This document shows, in pieces, positions 1 to 7,193 of a stretch of DNA of 12,721 bases. Both the position numbers and the translations under genes were made by a program. The notes beneath the pieces were generated by a model, which saw only the letters and a program-made list of their open reading frames with translations, was not told where the DNA came from and made no database searches. How positions within the stretch are numbered: position 1 is the first letter of the stretch; each line of letters begins with the position of its first letter. Source of the stretch: Candidatus Fraserbacteria bacterium (GTDB taxonomy: Bacteria; Bipolaricaulota; Bipolaricaulia; RBG-16-55-9; JANLFV01); assembly GCA_037446135.1 (NCBI GenBank), contig JBBIJD010000050.1:1-12721 (forward strand). The letters are read 5' to 3'.

Positions 1-495
1 GGGAGCACCGAGGGGAACCCCGGGGAGGCAGCGATCGGGGTGGTGATCACCGACCGCCAAGGGAACACCCTCGAGGAGATCTCCGAGCCGATCGGGCGGA
101 CTACGAACAATATCGCTGAATATAAGGCCCTGATCGCCGCCTGCAAGGCCGTCCAGAAGTATAGCCCCCGCGAGGCGATCTTCTTCACCGATTCACAGCT
201 GCTGGCCAATCAGATCAACGGCTTGTATCGGATCCGCCAGCCGAACCTGGAGAAGCTCAACAGCGATGCCCTGGAGCTTTTGAGCCAATTCCCCTCCTGG
301 AAGGTCCGCTATGTCGAGCGGAGCGCGAACTGGCGGGCCCACAAGCTCGCCCAGCAGGCCCTCCTCAATCGGAGCCCGAGCCATGAGCGCGGCCTGAGTG
401 AGCTGATCCAAGAGCGCCTCGAGAGACTAGACGAGGAGGGCAAGCGGAAGGTCTTGGAGTATATGAATCGGCTGATCGAGAGCCGGGAGAAGTGA
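1..495 (+). CDS. rnhA: Ribonuclease HI family protein (actinobacterial/archaeal-like type), 5'-truncated by the window edge, with a C-terminal helical extension
   Basis: Frame 1 is open from base 1 and reads GSTEGNPGEAAIGVVI, matching (DG)xSxGNPG-like motif I; the first Asp would lie just outside the window. Followed by TNNIAEY (catalytic Glu), TDSQL (catalytic Asp) and RSANWRAHKLA. The ORF-track start at 40 is internal. Confidence 0.85.
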   Translation, partial: GSTEGNPGEAAIGVVITDRQGNTLEEISEPIGRTTNNIAEYKALIAACKAVQKYSPREAIFFTDSQLLANQINGLYRIRQPNLEKLNSDALELLSQFPSWKVRYVERSANWRAHKLAQQALLNRSPSHERGLSELIQERLERLDEEGKRKVLEYMNRLIESREK

Positions 496-496
496 G

Positions 497-832
497 TCAA
501 TCGAGCCAGAGCCCACGGATCTCGATCTCGGCCTCGACGATCTCCAGCTCCGCCAGCTCCCTTAGCCGCTCACGGAGCCGCAGGAGGAGCTTCTCTGCCG
601 CCTCGGGGATCTTGACCCCGTAGCGGGCGAGGAGCTGGAGCCGGAGCTTAACCTTCTCGCCCATGCGGCTCACCTCCACCCCACTCCCCTTGTAGGCCTT
701 GGCCAAGATCTCCAAGAGCCCCTCATCCCCTGCGGTCCGGTTGAGCGGGACGAGCTCCCCTTGCTCGGCAATCACCCCGAGGATGAGCTGCTCGAGCGCC
801 TCGGCCGAGATCAGGACCTGCCCGAGCTTCAT
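497..832 (-). CDS. Asp23/Gls24 family (alkaline shock/envelope stress) protein
   Basis: About 111 aa: LGQVLISAEALEQLI...KGSGVEV...YGVKIPEAAEKL...ELEIVEAEIEIRGL, the typical Asp23 pattern (G.v.Is..vi, YG..Ip.va..i, v..v.i.v.g). The ATG at 832-830 overlaps the ispA stop (TAATG) and has GAGGAGG upstream, so 832 is preferred over 856. Confidence 0.8.
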   Translation of the reverse strand: MKLGQVLISAEALEQLILGVIAEQGELVPLNRTAGDEGLLEILAKAYKGSGVEVSRMGEKVKLRLQLLARYGVKIPEAAEKLLLRLRERLRELAELEIVEAEIEIRGLWLD

Positions 833-1668
833 TAAACCCTCCTCGAGAGGAGCCATCCCCCCAGGGCCCGGAGGGTCGCTCCCCTCCCTCCTAGTGGCCC
901 CAGGGCCGCGAGCGCCTCGGCTGTGACCCGCTCTGCCTCTGCGTGAGCCGCCCTCGCTCCCATCAGTTGGGCATAGGTCGGCCGCTCGTCTTCGCCGGAG
1001 TCGAGGAGGTCATCGACCAATTGGTAGGCGAGGCCAAGGCTATAGCCGAAGCCCTGGAGGGCCGCGATCTCCGCCTCGGTCCCCCCGCCGAGGACACCGC
1101 CGGCGGCCAGGCTCGCCCCGAGGAGCGCGGCCGTCTTCTTGGCATAGATCTGGGTCAGGGCCGCTTCATCAGGGAGGGCCTCCTCCAGCTCGAGGAGCTG
1201 GCCTGCGACCATCCCTGCCGGCCCGAGCGCCTCGCTCAAGAGTTGGATCACCCGGAGGACCCTCTCCTTGGGGGAGAGCTTGGCCTGCTCTTTCGCGATC
1301 AGCTCGAATCCCAGAGGGATCAGGGCATCCCCGGCCAGGAGGGCTACGGCCTCCCCGAAGACCCGGTGTGCGGAGAGCCGCTCCCTCCGCCAGGTGGCAT
1401 CATCTAGGGCGGGGAGGTCGTCGTGGATCAACGAATAGGTATGGAATACCTCGACTGCCGCGGCGGCGGGGAGCACCCCCTCTGCTGCCGTGCCCACGGC
1501 CTCAGCAGCGGCGACGAGCAAGATCGGGCGGAGCCGCTTCCCGCCCTCCAGGGCATAGCTGATCGCTGCGAAGAGCCTCTCGGGGAACTCCTCGGCCCGC
1601 CGGGCTAAGTAGGTCGAAAGGTAGCCCTCCACTAACTCCCGTCGGGATGAGAGATAGGCCTCGACCAT
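832..1668 (-). CDS. ispA: Short-chain isoprenyl diphosphate synthase (farnesyl/geranylgeranyl diphosphate synthase, IspA-like)
   Basis: GGKRLRP, FARM HTYSLIHDDLPALDD with Tyr at -5 and the 2-residue insertion of bacterial short-chain enzymes, LAGDAL, GQ, KT, and SARM QLVDDLLD. Start placed at ATG 1668 because a TATAAT lies 7 nt upstream of it. Confidence 0.88.
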   Translation of the reverse strand: MVEAYLSSRRELVEGYLSTYLARRAEEFPERLFAAISYALEGGKRLRPILLVAAAEAVGTAAEGVLPAAAAVEVFHTYSLIHDDLPALDDATWRRERLSAHRVFGEAVALLAGDALIPLGFELIAKEQAKLSPKERVLRVIQLLSEALGPAGMVAGQLLELEEALPDEAALTQIYAKKTAALLGASLAAGGVLGGGTEAEIAALQGFGYSLGLAYQLVDDLLDSGEDERPTYAQLMGARAAHAEAERVTAEALAALGPLGGRGATLRALGGWLLSRRV

Positions 1669-1734
1669 CTCTGAGATTATAAGGGGGGCTTCGGTAGGTT
1701 GCAATGGCCTTCAGCCCTGACTAGAATCCTTTCC
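1669..1734. promoter_or_regulatory. Bidirectional sigma70-type promoter pair sharing a palindromic -35 (TTGCAA, 1699-1704)
   Basis: Plus strand: TTGCAA(1699-1704)-17 bp-TAGAAT(1722-1727)-7 nt-ATG(1735). Minus strand: TTGCAA(1704-1699)-17 bp-TATAAT(1681-1676)-7 nt-ATG(1668). No convincing Shine-Dalgarno before either ATG. Confidence 0.75.
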
Positions 1735-2172
1735 ATGCGGATCGTCGTCCAGCGGGTGGCCTGGGCCAGAGTCCAGGTAGAAGGGAAGACCGTCAGCCAG
1801 ATCGGCCCGGGCCTGCTCCTTCTGGTGGGGATCGGTCGAGGCGATACCGAAGAGAGCCTGAGGTGGCTGGCGAATAAGGCCCTGAACCTCCGGATCTTCG
1901 AGGGAGAAAGAGGGAGGATGGACCGCTCGGTCCTGGAGGTCGGAGGGGAGATCCTCGTCGTCTCCCAATTCACCCTCTATGGCGATGTCCAGAAGGGGCG
2001 GAGGCCGAGCTTCGAGGAAGCGGCCCCTCCCGAGGAGGCCGAGCCGCTCTTCCAGCGATTCGTGGAGGAGTTGAAGCGGAGCGGCCTGAAGGTGAAGCAG
2101 GGGGTCTTCCAAGCGAGGATGCTCGTCGAGTTGGCCAACGATGGGCCGGTGACCTTCGTGCTCGAGCGGTAG
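1735..2172 (+). CDS. dtd: D-aminoacyl-tRNA deacylase
   Basis: MRIVVQRV N-terminus, [17 protein letters not shown] signature, GRRPSF, and NDGPVT (Gly-cisPro motif); 145 aa from ATG 1735. Confidence 0.96.
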   Translation: MRIVVQRVAWARVQVEGKTVSQIGPGLLLLVGIGRGDTEESLRWLANKALNLRIFEGERGRMDRSVLEVGGEILVVSQFTLYGDVQKGRRPSFEEAAPPEEAEPLFQRFVEELKRSGLKVKQGVFQARMLVELANDGPVTFVLER

Positions 2173-2190
2173 CAGTAAGCATTGAGAGGG

Positions 2191-2219
2191 TTGCCAAGAG
2201 AAGGGATCGATGCTACGAT
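2191..2219 (+). promoter_or_regulatory. Putative sigma70 promoter for the polyprenyl synthase-spoVS-argS-ftsY unit
   Basis: TTGCCA(2191-2196)-17 bp-TACGAT(2214-2219) with an extended-10 TG at 2211-2212, in the gap after dtd. Confidence 0.55.
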
Positions 2220-2245
2220 TGAGCCGGGCGAGGTTGGCCGATAAT

Positions 2246-3205
2246 ATGGTGAAAGTTTTGCCGCTGGCGGAGCTAGTCGAGGTCGAGGAGCGCTTGAAAG
2301 TGAGCCTCTCTTCGGAGATTCCCCTGGTAGCCGAGCTGGGAGGCTATCTCCACCGCAGCGGGGGGAAGCGCCTCCGCCCGGCCCTGGTCATCGTCTTCTA
2401 TAAGCTCCTCGGGGCCCAAGGTGAGCGCCAGGCCCTGATCGAGGCGGCCACCGCTCTCGAGCTGATCCACCTCGCGACTCTCGTCCATGATGATGTCATC
2501 GACGGCTCGCCCAGCCGCCGGGCCTGCCCGACCCTCTGGAAGCTCTTTGGGAATCGGATCGCCGTCCTCCAGGGCGACTTTATCTTCTCCCGCGCTATCG
2601 CGATCCTCAACCGGCAGGAGGCTCGCCTCCGCACCATCGTCACCGACACGATTGGGAAGATCCTCGAGGGGGAGCTCCTCCAGGAGGGGCTCCGTTGGCA
2701 GATCCCCACGGAGGCGGAGTATTTCGCAGTGATCCAGCGGAAGACCGGGGCCCTCATCTCCGCCGCCTGCACCATTGGGGCCCTCCTCGGTGACCCTGAT
2801 CTCTCCGAGGCCGAGCTCGAACGAATCCGCCAGGCAGGACTGAAGCTCGGGACGGCCTATCAGATGATCGATGACCTCCTAGACATCTTCGGGGACGGTC
2901 AGTTGGGGAAGCCGACCTGGAAGGACCGCGACGGGGGCTGGCTCACTCTCCCCTTCCTCCGCCTCCTCCAGGCCGCTAAAGATAGGGAGAGGCTGAGCCT
3001 CCTCCTCCAGGCTAAGGATCTCTCCCCAGCGGAGCGGGAGGAGTTGCTCCAGCGGCTGGTCGATGCTAATATCCAGGGGAATTTCATCGCTGAGGCCCGG
3101 GCCCTCATCGCTGAGGCCAAGTGGCTCCTCGAGGGGCTAGGGGAGCCGGGGTTAAAGGGGTTGCTGTTCGAGATGATGGACTTCGCGGTCGAACGCGATA
3201 GATGA
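2246..3205 (+). CDS. Long-chain polyprenyl diphosphate synthase (HepT/IspB family)
   Basis: GGKRLRP, ELIHLATLVHDDVID (Ala at -5, no insertion, so long-chain type), GN..AVL.GD, GE..Q, RKTG, YQMIDDLLD, LGKP, TLP. Start is uncertain (2210 or 2246). 2246 is preferred because 2210 lies inside the predicted promoter and GAGG precedes 2246. Confidence 0.88.
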   Translation: MVKVLPLAELVEVEERLKVSLSSEIPLVAELGGYLHRSGGKRLRPALVIVFYKLLGAQGERQALIEAATALELIHLATLVHDDVIDGSPSRRACPTLWKLFGNRIAVLQGDFIFSRAIAILNRQEARLRTIVTDTIGKILEGELLQEGLRWQIPTEAEYFAVIQRKTGALISAACTIGALLGDPDLSEAELERIRQAGLKLGTAYQMIDDLLDIFGDGQLGKPTWKDRDGGWLTLPFLRLLQAAKDRERLSLLLQAKDLSPAEREELLQRLVDANIQGNFIAEARALIAEAKWLLEGLGEPGLKGLLFEMMDFAVERDR

Positions 3206-3216
3206 AGGAGGCAGAG

Positions 3217-3474
3217 ATGGAGGTCTTGAAGGTCGCATCGACTTCTGACACCAATGCCCTTGCCGGGGCGATCGCCGGAGCCTTGGAGAAGGATCGGATC
3301 GTCGAGGCCCATGCCATCGGTGCCGGGGCCGTCAACCAGGCGGTGAAGGCCATCGCCATCGCAAGGCGGTTCATCGAGCGCGAGGGCGGCGAGCTCAAGG
3401 TCACCCCGGGCTTCATCGACCTGGAGATTGACGGGGAGGAGAAGACGGGGATCAGGTTCATCATCGAGCGCTAG
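3217..3474 (+). CDS. spoVS: Stage V sporulation protein S family (Alba-like small protein)
   Basis: MEVLKVAS...ALAGAIAG...AIGAGAVNQAVKAIAIAR...PGF.D.EIDGEEKT.I.F is the SpoVS signature. AAGGAGG at 3205-3211 supports ATG 3217. Confidence 0.95.
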   Translation: MEVLKVASTSDTNALAGAIAGALEKDRIVEAHAIGAGAVNQAVKAIAIARRFIEREGGELKVTPGFIDLEIDGEEKTGIRFIIER

Positions 3475-3478
3475 ACTG

Positions 3479-5134
3479 GTGCTGAAAGAGCTGGTGCGGG
3501 CAAGGCTTGGGGAGGCCCTCGCGCGGATCGGCCAGGGGGATTTGGCAGTCGAGGTCTTTCCCCCCGAGCGGCCGGAGTATGGCGATCTCTCCTCAAATGT
3601 GGCCTTCGCTTTAGCGAAGCGGCTCAGGGTCGCCCCGCGGATCGCGGCTGAGAGGCTCCTCCTCCAGATCGACGGAGAGCCATTCGCTAAGATCGAGGTC
3701 GCCGGAGCTGGTTTCCTCAACTTCTTCCTCAAGCCCGAGACGATCCAGGAGGCCCTCCAGGCCATCCTCACCGCGGGCGAGGGCTACGGCTCTTGGGCCC
3801 TCGGGAGGGGGAAGCGAGTCCAGGTCGAGTTCGGAAGCGCGAACCCCACCGGGCCGCTTCATGTCGGCTTCGGGAGGAATGTCGTCCTCGGAGACGCACT
3901 GGCCAACCTCCTCGAGGAGCTCGGCTACACCGTCGAGCGGGAATACTATGTCAACGATGCCGGGACACAGGTCGAGAACTTCGCCAAGAGCCTTTATTAC
4001 TACTACGCCGAGGCCTTGGGAGAAGAGCCGCCCTTCCCCTTCCCCGAGGGGGGCTACCGCGGGGACTATGTCCGTGAATGGGCTAGCGAGCTGGCGCGAA
4101 AGGAGGGGGAACGGCTCCTTCGGCCCCCCCTGGAGGAAGCGCTCCAGGAGATGAAGCGGCTAGGGCTCGAACGGGTCTTAGAGAGCGTCCGCGCGGACCT
4201 GGAAAGGCTTGGGATCCACTACGACCGCTGGTTCTACGAGCACGACCTCTACAACCATGATGGCAACGAAGGGGCCCCCTTCCCAACGGTGATGGAGCTC
4301 CTCAAGAGGGGTTGCTACCTCGAGGAGCGGGCAGGAGCGGTCTGGTTCAAGGCCACAGCTCTCGGGGCGGACAAGGACGAGGTCCTCATCCGTTCCGGTG
4401 GCCGGCCGGGGTATTTCGCTTCAGATGTGGCCTATCATTACAACAAGTTCGTCGAGCGCGGCTTCGATTGGGTTATCGATGTCTGGGGCGCGGACCATCA
4501 GGGCCATGTCCCGAGGATGAAGGCGATGATGCGGGCCTTGGGGCTCGATCCGGAGCGGCTCTCGATCTTAATCTATCAGTTGGTGACCCTCAAACACGCG
4601 GGAGAGGAGGTCCGCCTCTCCAAGCGGACTGGCGAATTTGTGACCCTAGGTGAGCTGCTCGATGAGGTCGGGCCGGATGCCGTCCGGTATTTCTTGCTCT
4701 CCCGCTCGCCCGATAGCCATCTAGAGTTCGACCTCGCCCTGGCGAAGGAGCAGTCGAAGGAGAACCCCGTCTTTTACATCCAGTATGCCCACACCAGGAT
4801 CGCCGGGATCTTCCGAGAGCTTAAGGCTGAACCACCTGACTGGCGAGAGGTCGACCTCGGGCCGCTCCGTGAGTCGGAGGCGCTCGAGCTGATCAAGCGG
4901 CTGGATGAGTTCCCCGAGGTGATCCAAGATGCGGCCCTCAACTTCGCTCCGCACCTTCTGGCGAACTATGCCTATAGGCTCGCCGGGCTCTTCCATATCT
5001 TCTACGATCGGTATCGTGTGCTCGATGAGGCCCCTCCGATAGCAAGGGCGAGGCTCGCCCTCTGCCGCGGGACCCAGCTCGTCCTGCGGAAGGCCCTCCG
5101 GATCATGGGGGTCTCCGCCCCGGAGAGGATGTAA
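3479..5134 (+). CDS. argS: Arginine--tRNA ligase
   Basis: YGDLSSNVAF, AGAGFLNF, VEFGSANPTGPLHVG, EYYVNDAG.Q, D.AYH..K, WGADH.GH, LSKRTG (KMSKS equivalent), ENPVFYIQYAH.R, and C-terminal GVSAPERM. GTG 3479, just after the spoVS stop, is the likely start. Confidence 0.96.
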   Translation: MLKELVRARLGEALARIGQGDLAVEVFPPERPEYGDLSSNVAFALAKRLRVAPRIAAERLLLQIDGEPFAKIEVAGAGFLNFFLKPETIQEALQAILTAGEGYGSWALGRGKRVQVEFGSANPTGPLHVGFGRNVVLGDALANLLEELGYTVEREYYVNDAGTQVENFAKSLYYYYAEALGEEPPFPFPEGGYRGDYVREWASELARKEGERLLRPPLEEALQEMKRLGLERVLESVRADLERLGIHYDRWFYEHDLYNHDGNEGAPFPTVMELLKRGCYLEERAGAVWFKATALGADKDEVLIRSGGRPGYFASDVAYHYNKFVERGFDWVIDVWGADHQGHVPRMKAMMRALGLDPERLSILIYQLVTLKHAGEEVRLSKRTGEFVTLGELLDEVGPDAVRYFLLSRSPDSHLEFDLALAKEQSKENPVFYIQYAHTRIAGIFRELKAEPPDWREVDLGPLRESEALELIKRLDEFPEVIQDAALNFAPHLLANYAYRLAGLFHIFYDRYRVLDEAPPIARARLALCRGTQLVLRKALRIMGVSAPERM

Positions 5135-5137
5135 AGG

Positions 5138-6052
5138 ATGGCCTGGCTTGAGCGGCTAAAGAGCGGGTTAGAGAAGACCCGGAGCAGGCTCCTCAGCGGC
5201 TTGGCCGAGGCCCTCAGTGGGCGGAAGGGGATCGACCAGCCACTCTTAGAGGAGCTCGAGGTGATCCTCATCTCTGGGGACCTCGGGGTGGAGACGACCC
5301 AAGAGGTCATCGCCGAGCTGGAGCGGCGAGCGAAGGAGCAGCGGCTGAAGGAACCGGGGCTGCTCCTTCCCCTTTTGAAGGAGATCCTCAAGGAGGAACT
5401 CCAGGGGGCGGAGGGGGCTCTGGCCCTGCGGGAGGACGGCCAGCCGACGGTCTACCTGATCCTCGGCGTTAATGGCTCAGGGAAGACCACGACGATCGCC
5501 AAGCTCGCCCAGCGGTTCAAACGGCTCGGGAAGGAGAGGATCATCTTCGCCGCTGCCGACACCTTCCGGGCCGCGGCCATCGAGCAGCTTGGGATCTGGG
5601 CCGAGCGGGTCGGAGCCGAACTGATCAAACATCGCCCGGGGGCCGATCCCGGAGCGGTGGCCTATGATGCCGTAGACCATGCCATCGCCAGCGGCGGGGA
5701 GGTCGTCCTGATCGACACCGCTGGGCGGCTCCAGACGAAGTTCAACCTGATGGAGGAGCTGAAGAAGATCGACCGGGTGGTCCAAAAGCGGCTCGGCCGG
5801 CCCATCGATGAGCGGCTCTTAGTCCTGGACGCCACTACCGGGCAGAACGCCATCTCTCAAGCCCGGAAGTTCAATGAGGCCGTCCCTCTCACTGGACTCG
5901 TGCTGACCAAGCTCGATTCCACCGCCAAGGGCGGAGCGATCTTCCCCATCTATCGAGAGCTTCGGCTCCCGATCAAGCTCATCGGGGTCGGCGAGGGGGC
6001 CGAAGACCTCCAGGAGTTCCGCGCCGCCGAGTTCGTCGAGGCGCTATTTTAG
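5138..6052 (+). CDS. ftsY: Signal recognition particle receptor FtsY (NG domain only, no long acidic domain)
   Basis: LKSGLEKTR N-terminal helix, GVNGSGKTTTIAKLA P-loop, DTFRAAAIEQL, DTAGRL, DATTGQN, TKLDSTAKGG, GVGE..EDL..F. Confidence 0.97.
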   Translation: MAWLERLKSGLEKTRSRLLSGLAEALSGRKGIDQPLLEELEVILISGDLGVETTQEVIAELERRAKEQRLKEPGLLLPLLKEILKEELQGAEGALALREDGQPTVYLILGVNGSGKTTTIAKLAQRFKRLGKERIIFAAADTFRAAAIEQLGIWAERVGAELIKHRPGADPGAVAYDAVDHAIASGGEVVLIDTAGRLQTKFNLMEELKKIDRVVQKRLGRPIDERLLVLDATTGQNAISQARKFNEAVPLTGLVLTKLDSTAKGGAIFPIYRELRLPIKLIGVGEGAEDLQEFRAAEFVEALF

Positions 6053-6075
6053 ATCTGAAGGTCACTCCCTTGGCC

Positions 6076-6104
6076 TTGACAATCGGCGGGAGGCATGCTA
6101 TTAT
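6076..6104 (+). promoter_or_regulatory. Near-consensus sigma70 promoter of the sugar operon
   Basis: TTGACA(6076-6081)-17 bp-TATTAT(6099-6104) with an extended-10 TG at 6096-6097. Confidence 0.85.
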
Positions 6105-6112
6105 CAATTGGT

Positions 6113-6139
6113 GGAAAGCGATTTCCGAAAACCTTTTCC
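6113..6139. promoter_or_regulatory. Tandem LacI-family operator sites
   Basis: GGAAAGCGATTTCC (6113-6126) is a near-palindrome with a central CG, typical of LacI/GalR operators. It is followed by the related CGAAAACCTTTTCC (6126-6139). Both lie just downstream of the predicted +1 and upstream of a LacI-family gene. Confidence 0.72.
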
Positions 6140-6167
6140 GAAAGTCCCCGCCGGGAGAGGTGGCGAG

Positions 6168-7193
6168 ATGGGGCAGGTGACGATCAGGGAGGTGGCCAAG
6201 CGAGCCGGGGTCTCGATCAGCACCGTCTCACGGGTCCTGACCGGCAACACCAAGAATCATATGCGCCCTGAGACGGAGGAGCGGGTCCTAAAGGCGATCC
6301 GTGAGCTCGATTATAGCCCGAACAAGTATGCCCGGGCGCTAAAGCGCCAGCGGACTGGCGTGATTGGGGTGATCGCCCCGGATATCTCCAATCCCTTCTT
6401 CTCCCAACTCCTCCGTGGCGTGGAGAATGTCGCCTACCGCCATAACTACCTCGTCCTCACCTGTGACGCAGAGAACTCCTTGGAGAAGGAGAATCGTTAC
6501 ATCGAGATCCTCATCGAGGAGCGGGTCGAGGGGGTGATCCTCATCTCCTCTGCCTCGCGGAATGAAGAAGCCGAGCGCCTGCTAAGGAAGGGGGTCCACT
6601 TGGTCCTTGCCGATCGGAAGTTGGAGAACATCACAGCGCCGGCAGTGGTCCCGGATGATCTGCAAGCCGGGTACCTCTTGACCAATCACCTGCTCGAGCT
6701 TGGATACCGTGAGATCGGGTTCATCCGGGGGCCGAAGGAGATCTCAACGGCTCGGGAGAGATTCCTCGGATTCCTCCGGGCGTTGGAGGAGTGGGGGTTG
6801 GGAGTGCAGAGTCGATATCTTAAGGAAGCCGATTATACCTTTGAGGGGGGATATGCGGCGACACGAGAGTTATTAAATGAGGGGCAACCTCAAGCGCTCA
6901 TTGCCGCTAATGACCTGATGGCCATTGGCACGATCAGGGCCTTAGAGGACCATCGACTGAATGTCCCTCAAGATATCGGTGTCGCCGGCTTCGATAACAT
7001 CCCCTTAGCCGCGCTCGCTAAGCCTCGGCTCACCACCATCGACATCCCTGCTTATGAGATGGGGCAGATGACAATGGAGATGCTACTAGAGCATGTAAAT
7101 GGGGAAAATGGGGGAAAAGAAACCATGCGGGTAATGGGAGTAAGGCTAGTAAAGGGCGAGTCCTGCGCCTATCAGAGCGGCTCCCAAAGCTAG
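6168..7193 (+). CDS. LacI-family transcriptional regulator (RbsR-like)
   Basis: VTIREVAKRAGVSISTVSRVL HTH, Y.PN..ARAL hinge, NPFF, ER..GF, ANDLMAIG, VP.DI.V.GFDNI, P.LTTI. GAGGTG precedes ATG 6168; the ORF-track start at 6108 runs through the promoter/operator. Confidence 0.93.
   Translation: MGQVTIREVAKRAGVSISTVSRVLTGNTKNHMRPETEERVLKAIRELDYSPNKYARALKRQRTGVIGVIAPDISNPFFSQLLRGVENVAYRHNYLVLTCDAENSLEKENRYIEILIEERVEGVILISSASRNEEAERLLRKGVHLVLADRKLENITAPAVVPDDLQAGYLLTNHLLELGYREIGFIRGPKEISTARERFLGFLRALEEWGLGVQSRYLKEADYTFEGGYAATRELLNEGQPQALIAANDLMAIGTIRALEDHRLNVPQDIGVAGFDNIPLAALAKPRLTTIDIPAYEMGQMTMEMLLEHVNGENGGKETMRVMGVRLVKGESCAYQSGSQS

Noticed and set aside
1..495. RNase H fold as a transposase or retroelement fragment
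   Set aside because: The GNPG, NNxAEY and DSQL motifs match cellular RNase HI, and no reverse transcriptase, terminal repeats or transposase features are visible.
3084..3118. 14-bp direct repeat TCATCGCTGAGGCC, 21 bp apart
   Set aside because: In-frame within a helix (IAEARALIAEAK); only two copies, so not a CRISPR array or insertion scar.
3217..3474. spoVS as evidence of sporulation or of a Firmicutes host
   Set aside because: SpoVS also occurs in non-sporulating phyla; taxonomy cannot be assigned from this window without a search.
2899..3771. 290-aa minus-strand ORF
   Set aside because: Antisense to three well-supported genes, Ser/Arg-rich with no recognisable motif; a typical shadow ORF of GC-rich DNA.
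6108..6167. N-terminal extensions from the ORF track (regulator from 6108; likewise dtd 1699, ispA 1704, argS 3428, rbsD 10167, Asp23 856)
   Set aside because: They run through promoters, operators or upstream genes. Family N-termini and RBS or -10 positions point to the later starts.
7097..7118. Imperfect tandem AAATGGGG(G)AAAA near the regulator's 3' end as a phase-variation tract
   Set aside because: Runs are only 4-5 nt, too short for a credible slippage switch, and the frame is intact.
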